From Myxococcota bacterium (lineage in GTDB: Bacteria; Myxococcota_A; UBA796; CAJQPC01), in NCBI GenBank assembly GCA_036229005.1, contig JAZAMN010000003.1, positions 32,001 to 96,000 on the forward strand: a DNA stretch of 64,000 nt, in the 5' to 3' direction. Within the stretch, counting starts at the first letter, position 1. Every line of letters starts with the position of its first letter. The translations under genes and the position numbers were made by a program. The notes below the pieces were generated by a model. That model was not told where the DNA came from, did no database searches, and was given only the letters and a program-made list of their open reading frames with translations. Shown here in pieces: positions 58,363 through 64,000 of the stretch.

Positions 58363-59205
58363 CTATTCCCAGGACTCCAGCTCCGGGACAGCCGGCCCCA
58401 GCCCGGGCGGGTCCGGCACGGGCCAGGTGTCGCCCCAGAGGTCCTTCCCGCCCTCGACCGCCCAGGTCTGGCCGGTCACGTAGTCGCCGGCCGGACTGGC
58501 CAGGTAGGCCACCAGCCACGCGATCTCCTCACGCCTGGCCAGGCGCTTGACCGGGACGATGCGGGGCATCTGGTCCAGGACCCCCAGGGACTTGGGGTAG
58601 TTGTTCAGGCCGGCGCTGGCGACCAGCCCGGGGGCCACGCTGTTGATCCGCACGCCACGCTGGGCCCACTCCACCGCGAGGCTGCGGGTCATGGCCTCGA
58701 CCCCGGCGCGCGCGGCGACGCTGTGGGCCATGCCGGGGAAGCCCCTCTGGCTGAGCATGGTGATGTTGATGATGCGGCCGCCGCGCTGGAGCATGCAGGC
58801 CTTGGCGACGGCCTGGGTCACCCGCCAGGTGCCCGACAGGTTGGTGTCCACCACCGCCTGGAAGCCCTTCTCGGTGATGGTCTCCGCCGGCGCCAGGAAC
58901 TGACCGCCCCCGTTGTTGACCAGGATGTCGATGGGGCCGTAGCGCTCGACGATCTGTGCGATCACCGCCTGGACCTGCTCCCCATCCCGGATGTTCATGA
59001 CCACCGGGTGCACCGAGGTCCCCAGCTCGGCCGACAGGGCGCTCGCCGCGGCCTCCAGCCGCTCCTGTTTGCGGGCCGCGATGACCACGGTGGCCCCCAG
59101 GCTGGCGAGCTCGCGGGTGATGGCGGCCCCGATGCCGCTGCCGCCACCGGTCACCAGGGCGAGCTTGCCGTCCAGCAGGCCGTCACGAAAGATGGAGGAG
59201 GCCAT
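58363..59205 (-). CDS. SDR oxidoreductase (trans-2-enoyl-CoA/citronellol dehydrogenase-like)
   Basis: TGGGSGIG, NNGGGQF, HSVAARAGV, EWA...RINSVAPG. Confidence 0.9.
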   Translation of the reverse strand: MASSIFRDGLLDGKLALVTGGGSGIGAAITRELASLGATVVIAARKQERLEAAASALSAELGTSVHPVVMNIRDGEQVQAVIAQIVERYGPIDILVNNGGGQFLAPAETITEKGFQAVVDTNLSGTWRVTQAVAKACMLQRGGRIINITMLSQRGFPGMAHSVAARAGVEAMTRSLAVEWAQRGVRINSVAPGLVASAGLNNYPKSLGVLDQMPRIVPVKRLARREEIAWLVAYLASPAGDYVTGQTWAVEGGKDLWGDTWPVPDPPGLGPAVPELESWE

Positions 59206-59208
59206 GGG

Positions 59209-61032
59209 TCAGTCCTTTTCCCTGCCGAGCAGGAAGTTCCAGGTGGGGTCGATCAGGGTGTCCAGCGGGGGCCGGGGGGTGGTCTCCAGCCGGTGCTCGG
59301 TGGCCTTTCGCCAGGCGGGGCCGTCCAGGTTCGGGGTGACGTGGGGCGCCGGGGGGCGCAGCCACCAGATGACGACGGACCCGTGGTCCTCGCCGGCACC
59401 CAGAGCTGCTTCCAGGGCGTTGACCCGCCGGTTGGCGCGGTTGCGGTGCATCACGGATCCGGGGAGCGCATCGAGCGCGATGGCCCCCACCCCCTGAGCG
59501 GCCAGAGCCTCCACGGCGCCTGGGGGGAGGGGACCCGGGTCCTGGCCGCCCTCCAGCACGCGGATCCAGTCCAGCAGGGGCTGGGCCCGCATCCAGTCAT
59601 CCCAGCCTTGGGGCTTGGGGGCGCCCGGCGGCAGCAGCAAGGGGTTCACCACCGGCTTGCGGTGGTAGCGCTGGTGGCGACCGACCTGGGGCATGCTCAG
59701 ACCGTCCCGCTTGAGGGGCAGCTCCAGCACGGCGCCCTGGCTGGCCTCCAGCACGCGCCAGGCCTGCTCGTACTGGAGGTCCTGGGTCTGGACGGGGAGG
59801 TTGGCGGAGAGCAGCAGCGCTTCGGCCAGCAGGGCCGGCACCCAGAGTCCAGGGCGGGGGAGACGCAGCGCAGCGGCCGCCAAGAGCCCCAGGGGGAGGA
59901 CCATGCCCCAGCGCTCCGGCCAGGTCAGGCGGTCCAGGAAGGGGTGGAGCTGGCCGAGCCAGTGGAAGGGCAGGGACAGGGCGCTGCCGCCGACCAGCAC
60001 CAGGTCTTCGCCCCGCTTGAGGAAGGGGCCCAGGACCATGACCGCGCCCAGGGCCGCCATGGCCAGCCAGGGGAGCATCTGGCGGGCTCTCTGGGCGCGC
60101 AGGGAGAGCGCAGCGGAGAGGGCCACGGCCCCCAGAAGCACCCACGAGATGCGGTTGCTGCGGTCCATGTAGCTGGACCACAGAAGCTCCAGCGGGGCGG
60201 CCCCGTGCGCGGCCTCGAAGCGCTGATGGGCTGGCAAGGCGGAGAGGTCCGCCGCGATGTCCAGGGGCATGGGCGCGGACTCTGGCGAGGTCACCGGCAG
60301 GGAGTCCCAGGACAGGGCGAAGGGCAGCAGAGCGGGCAGGGCCCCGAGCAAGGTGACCCCCACCGCCAGACCAAAACGCAGCCAGGCCTGCCTGTCGAGC
60401 TTGCGGGCGCCAGCGAGCAGCAGCGGGAGGCTCCCCAGGGCCGCGAACAGGGCCAGGTACCAGTAGGACAGCGCGGCGCCGAGCATGAACAGGCCGGCGG
60501 CGATGGCGTGTCGGACGCGCCCTTGGGGCTCCAGGGCCTGGGCGAAGGCCGCCAGGTAGAGCGGGATCCAGAAGGCCATGGTCTGGGGGGCGTGGTGGAG
60601 GTTCAGCTCCCGGAGCAGGGGCTCGCTGCAGACCCAGCCCACACCCAGCAGCCAGCCAGCGCCCTCCCGCTCCAGGGGCGCGCGGGAGCGGGTGAGGGTC
60701 CGGCCCAGGTGGTGGGCGGACAGTCCATTGGCCAGCAGGCAGCCCAGCCAGAACACGTTGTCGCTGAGGGGGAAGGGGAGCAGGGCCGCCAGCATCCCGC
60801 CCAGCGCGTGGTCCATCAAGTTGGGGGTGAGCAGCAGCACCGGGTAGCCCTGAGGCCAGAACACCGCGTCGGTGCTGGGCCACTGGCCTGGGGAGGCGAG
60901 CAGCGGTGGGACCAAGCCCCGGAGCCAGAGGGTGTCGGCGGCGTCCACATTGGGGAAGCCGGGGAGGCTGCTGTTCAGGTGCAGGGCCAGAGGCCAGGTC
61001 AGGAGCACGCCGAGCAGCAGGTAGCCCACCAC
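59209..61032 (-). CDS. Polytopic membrane protein, GT-C glycosyltransferase-like (start uncertain, up to 61086)
   Basis: LTWPL, FWPQG, SYWY, WPER, AVLELP, QRYHRKP pattern and about 10 hydrophobic spans. Confidence 0.65.
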   Translation of the reverse strand: MVGYLLLGVLLTWPLALHLNSSLPGFPNVDAADTLWLRGLVPPLLASPGQWPSTDAVFWPQGYPVLLLTPNLMDHALGGMLAALLPFPLSDNVFWLGCLLANGLSAHHLGRTLTRSRAPLEREGAGWLLGVGWVCSEPLLRELNLHHAPQTMAFWIPLYLAAFAQALEPQGRVRHAIAAGLFMLGAALSYWYLALFAALGSLPLLLAGARKLDRQAWLRFGLAVGVTLLGALPALLPFALSWDSLPVTSPESAPMPLDIAADLSALPAHQRFEAAHGAAPLELLWSSYMDRSNRISWVLLGAVALSAALSLRAQRARQMLPWLAMAALGAVMVLGPFLKRGEDLVLVGGSALSLPFHWLGQLHPFLDRLTWPERWGMVLPLGLLAAAALRLPRPGLWVPALLAEALLLSANLPVQTQDLQYEQAWRVLEASQGAVLELPLKRDGLSMPQVGRHQRYHRKPVVNPLLLPPGAPKPQGWDDWMRAQPLLDWIRVLEGGQDPGPLPPGAVEALAAQGVGAIALDALPGSVMHRNRANRRVNALEAALGAGEDHGSVVIWWLRPPAPHVTPNLDGPAWRKATEHRLETTPRPPLDTLIDPTWNFLLGREKD

Positions 61033-61069
61033 TCGGAGACCCCAGGCCCCCGCGCCCCGCGTCAGGCGC

Positions 61070-62974
61070 TCAGATGTCGAGGCCATCGACCTGGGCTGCG
61101 CGCTCCATGATGAAGCTGTACCGGGGGGCGGCGTCCTTGCCCATCAGGTCGGAGATCACCTGGTCGGTCTGGAGCTGGGCATCGTCTGGGATGGTGACCC
61201 GCAGCAGCCGGCGCCGACGGGGGCACAGGGTGGTCGCATACAGGGTCTTGGGCATCATCTCGCCCAGACCCTTGAAGCGGCTGATCTCCGGCTTGTAGCG
61301 GGCGGGCAGCCTGGACAGGATGCGCTCCTTTTCGTCGTCGTCGGCCGCCCAGTGGCTCTCCTTGCCGACCTCGATCCGGTACAGGGGCGGCTGGGCGATG
61401 TAGACGTGGCCGCCCTGGATCAGCCCGGGCAGGTGCCGGTAGAAGAAGGTGAGCAGCAGAGTGGCGATGTGGTGGCCGTCGACGTCGGCGTCCATGAGCA
61501 GGACGACCCGGTCGTAGCGCAGCGCCGACAGGTTGAAGTCCTTGCCCATCCCGCAGCCCAGCGCCTTGACGATGTCGCCCAGCTCCTGGTTGCGCAGCAC
61601 CTGGCTCATGCTCGCGGACTCGGTGTTCAGGACCTTGCCGCGCAGAGGGAGCACGGCCTGGTTGGCGCGGTCGCGCCCCTGCTTGGCGGAGCCGCCTGCG
61701 GAGTCGCCCTCGACGATGAACAGCTCGCACTCGTTGGGGTCCGAAGAGCTGCAGTCCGCGAGCTTGCCGGGGAGGTTGAGCTTGCGGGAGACCGCGCTCT
61801 TGCGGCGCACCTTCTTGGCGGCCTCGCGGGAGGCCATGCGGGCACGGGCGGCCTGGACAGCGCGGAGCACGATGCCCTCGCCCCAGGCTTTGTGCTCGTG
61901 CAGCCACTGCTCAAAGGCCGGGCGCAGGCTGCTGTCCACCTGGGCGCGGGCGTCGGGGTTGTTGAGCTTGTCCTTGGTCTGGCCCTGGAACTGGGGATCC
62001 ACGTGGTAGAGGCTCACGATGGCGACCACGCCCTCGCGGATGTCCTCGGCCGAGAGCTTGACCCCGCGGGGCTCCAGTTGGTGGGCGTCGATGAAGGCGC
62101 GCAGGCCCTTGACGATGCTCTCCTTGAGCCCCTGGACGTGGGTGCCGCCGTCGCGGGTGGGGATGCCGTTCACGAAGGAGAGCAGCTGCTCCCGGGGGGA
62201 GTCGGTCCAGGTGAACACGACCTCCATCCGGGGGTCCTCGGTCTCCAGGACAAAGGGCTCGGGCGCGGTGGGGCGCTTCTCACCCTTCTTCATCAGGGCG
62301 CCCAGGTAGTCCAGGACGCCGCCGTCGTGCTTGAACTCCAGGCGGGAGCCGGAGCCGCGATCGGTGAAGACGATGCGCAGGCCCTTGTTCAGGTAGCTCT
62401 TGACCTCCAGTCGCTCGCGGATCAGCTCGGGGTCGAAGCGCACCTCGCCGAAGATCTCGGGGTCCGGGGTGAAGGTGATGGTGGTGCCGGTCCCGCGGGC
62501 GGGGCCCACCTCTTCGACCGGCCCCCGGGGCTTGCCGCGGCGGTAGCGCTGGCGATGGAGCTTGCCGTCGCGCTTGACCTCGGCCGTCATGGACGTGCTC
62601 AGGGCGTTGACCGCCTTGGTGCCCACGCCGTGCAGACCGCCCGAGGTGTTGTAGGCCTTGGAGTCGAACTTGCCGCCGGTGTGGAGGTTGCACAGGATGA
62701 GCTCCAGGGCGGAGACCTTGTGCTTTTTGTGGATGTCCACCGGGATGCCGCGGCCGTTGTCCGCCACGCTGATGGTCCGGCCGTCTTCGCTCAGGGTGAC
62801 CTGGATGGTGGTGCAGTAGCCACCGATGGCCTCGTCGACGGAGTTGTCCACCACCTCCCAGATCAGGTGGTGGAGGCCATCCTTGCCGGTGCCTCCGATG
62901 TACATGGCCGGGCGGCGACGGATGCCCTCCAGGCCCTCGAGCATCTGGACGGAAGAGGAGTCGTAGCGGCTCAC
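61070..62974 (-). CDS. Type IIA topoisomerase subunit B (ParE/GyrB-like)
   Basis: EVVDNSVDE, GGLHGVG, EGDSAGG, PLRGK, DADVDG, RFKGLGEM; GTG overlaps subunit A stop. Confidence 0.97.
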   Translation of the reverse strand: MSRYDSSSVQMLEGLEGIRRRPAMYIGGTGKDGLHHLIWEVVDNSVDEAIGGYCTTIQVTLSEDGRTISVADNGRGIPVDIHKKHKVSALELILCNLHTGGKFDSKAYNTSGGLHGVGTKAVNALSTSMTAEVKRDGKLHRQRYRRGKPRGPVEEVGPARGTGTTITFTPDPEIFGEVRFDPELIRERLEVKSYLNKGLRIVFTDRGSGSRLEFKHDGGVLDYLGALMKKGEKRPTAPEPFVLETEDPRMEVVFTWTDSPREQLLSFVNGIPTRDGGTHVQGLKESIVKGLRAFIDAHQLEPRGVKLSAEDIREGVVAIVSLYHVDPQFQGQTKDKLNNPDARAQVDSSLRPAFEQWLHEHKAWGEGIVLRAVQAARARMASREAAKKVRRKSAVSRKLNLPGKLADCSSSDPNECELFIVEGDSAGGSAKQGRDRANQAVLPLRGKVLNTESASMSQVLRNQELGDIVKALGCGMGKDFNLSALRYDRVVLLMDADVDGHHIATLLLTFFYRHLPGLIQGGHVYIAQPPLYRIEVGKESHWAADDDEKERILSRLPARYKPEISRFKGLGEMMPKTLYATTLCPRRRRLLRVTIPDDAQLQTDQVISDLMGKDAAPRYSFIMERAAQVDGLDI

Positions 62975-64000
62975 TTGCTGCCCTCCGTCTCACCGAGGGC
63001 CAGGTCGATCTTGCGCTCCCAGCTCGCGAAGTGTCCGCGACGCAGCACCACGCTGCCCTTGTCGGCCCGCTTGCCCAGGTGCTTGCTGGCCCGGGCGGTC
63101 TCGTCCCGCCCCTGGGAGGTCTTGACGTCCACCCCCTGGAACTTGTCCGTGGTCAGCTCAAAGCCCAGCACGGTGTCTCCCTTGTTGAGCTTGATGGCCG
63201 TGACGCCCTTTCCGGCGCTCTTGACGGTGTTGATCTCGGTCACGGGGTAGACCAGCATGCGCCCCTTGTGGGTGGCGATGGAGGCCCACTCGGTGGCGTT
63301 GGAGCCATAGGCCGCCACCACGGAGTCGCTCCCCGAGACGCGACAGAAGCGGCGCCCGTTCTTGGTGGAGGGCTCCGCGAAGTTCTCCAGGGCGGCGCGC
63401 AGCCCGCGGCCCTCGTTGGTGATGCACACCACGTGGGGTGGCGGGACCTCCACCCCCAGCTCCAGTTGCTCGGACTCCAGCTTGGGGCGGCTGCGCTTGT
63501 CGTGGCTGGCCATGCCCACCACGCGCTCACCGGCGCTGAACTTGAAGTGCGCCTGTACGGGCTCGCCATACCCCGTGGTCGCGGGGACATCGGCCACCCG
63601 CATGGTGTACGCGCTGCCCAGCGAGGTGAACAGGGTCACGGTGCTCTTGGTGTTGCACAGGGCGATCCAGCCCACGCTGTCGCCGTCCTTGACCCGGATC
63701 TTGTCGACCTCGGAGAAGCGGCCCTGGCGCTTGATCCAGCCCTCGCGGGTGAGGATGACGAAGGCGTCCTCGCTCACGATGTAGGCGGCCTCGTCGTACT
63801 CGCGCTCCTCGACCTCCTCCAGGACCATGGTGCGCCGGCGCTGCTTGTACTGGAGCTTGACCTCCTCCAGCTCCTCGCGGACGACGTTCCAGAGCTCCTC
63901 CTCGCTGGAGAGGATGGCCTCGATGCGCGCTGCCTCGGCCCGCTTCTCCTCGAGCTCGGTGCGGATGGCCAGGATCTCGAGGCGAGCCAGCTTGTAGAGG
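62971..64000 (-). CDS. Type IIA topoisomerase subunit A (ParC/GyrA-like), 5-prime part beyond window edge
   Basis: Open frame to edge (LYKLARLEILAIRTE...RRT) followed by beta-pinwheel repeats (TREGWIKR, TTGYGEP, SAGKGV). Confidence 0.92.
   Translation of the reverse strand, partial: LYKLARLEILAIRTELEEKRAEAARIEAILSSEEELWNVVREELEEVKLQYKQRRRTMVLEEVEEREYDEAAYIVSEDAFVILTREGWIKRQGRFSEVDKIRVKDGDSVGWIALCNTKSTVTLFTSLGSAYTMRVADVPATTGYGEPVQAHFKFSAGERVVGMASHDKRSRPKLESEQLELGVEVPPPHVVCITNEGRGLRAALENFAEPSTKNGRRFCRVSGSDSVVAAYGSNATEWASIATHKGRMLVYPVTEINTVKSAGKGVTAIKLNKGDTVLGFELTTDKFQGVDVKTSQGRDETARASKHLGKRADKGSVVLRRGHFASWERKIDLALGETEGSK

Overview
GC-rich bacterial chromosomal window, most consistent with a Myxococcota-type genome (MYXO-CTERM tails, TIGR04552-type protein, MopE-like/FG-GAP surface protein, ECF sigma/anti-sigma/caspase module, PilT paralogue). 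It holds about 55 densely packed CDSs: housekeeping genes (cysD, cysNC, dcd, mfd, glpK, pepP, DEAD-box helicase, mqnD, a topoisomerase II A/B pair cut by the right edge), signalling genes (MCP, PilZ-type protein, membrane CheA-like kinase, PP2C-cNMP phosphatase, WYL regulator), a TonB-dependent uptake locus with paired operator-like boxes, c-type cytochromes and an orphan amino-methyltransferase. I saw no rRNA, tRNA, CRISPR array, transposase or prophage. The most interesting signals are: (1) a lipoprotein-ECF sigma-anti-sigma-exported caspase-SUKH module with shared xxKG motifs, suggesting a proteolytic signalling cascade; (2) many SD-less genes with a TANNNN hexamer exactly 6 nt before ATG, suggesting leaderless transcripts; (3) ultra-short signal peptides with no basic n-region; (4) a shared basic amphipathic N-terminal leader on three Fe-S/sulfur proteins; (5) several enzymes with substituted catalytic or ligand residues; (6) a frameshifted porin gene and a small membrane ORF missing from the ORF track. 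Family assignments come from motif recognition by eye, not from database searches.
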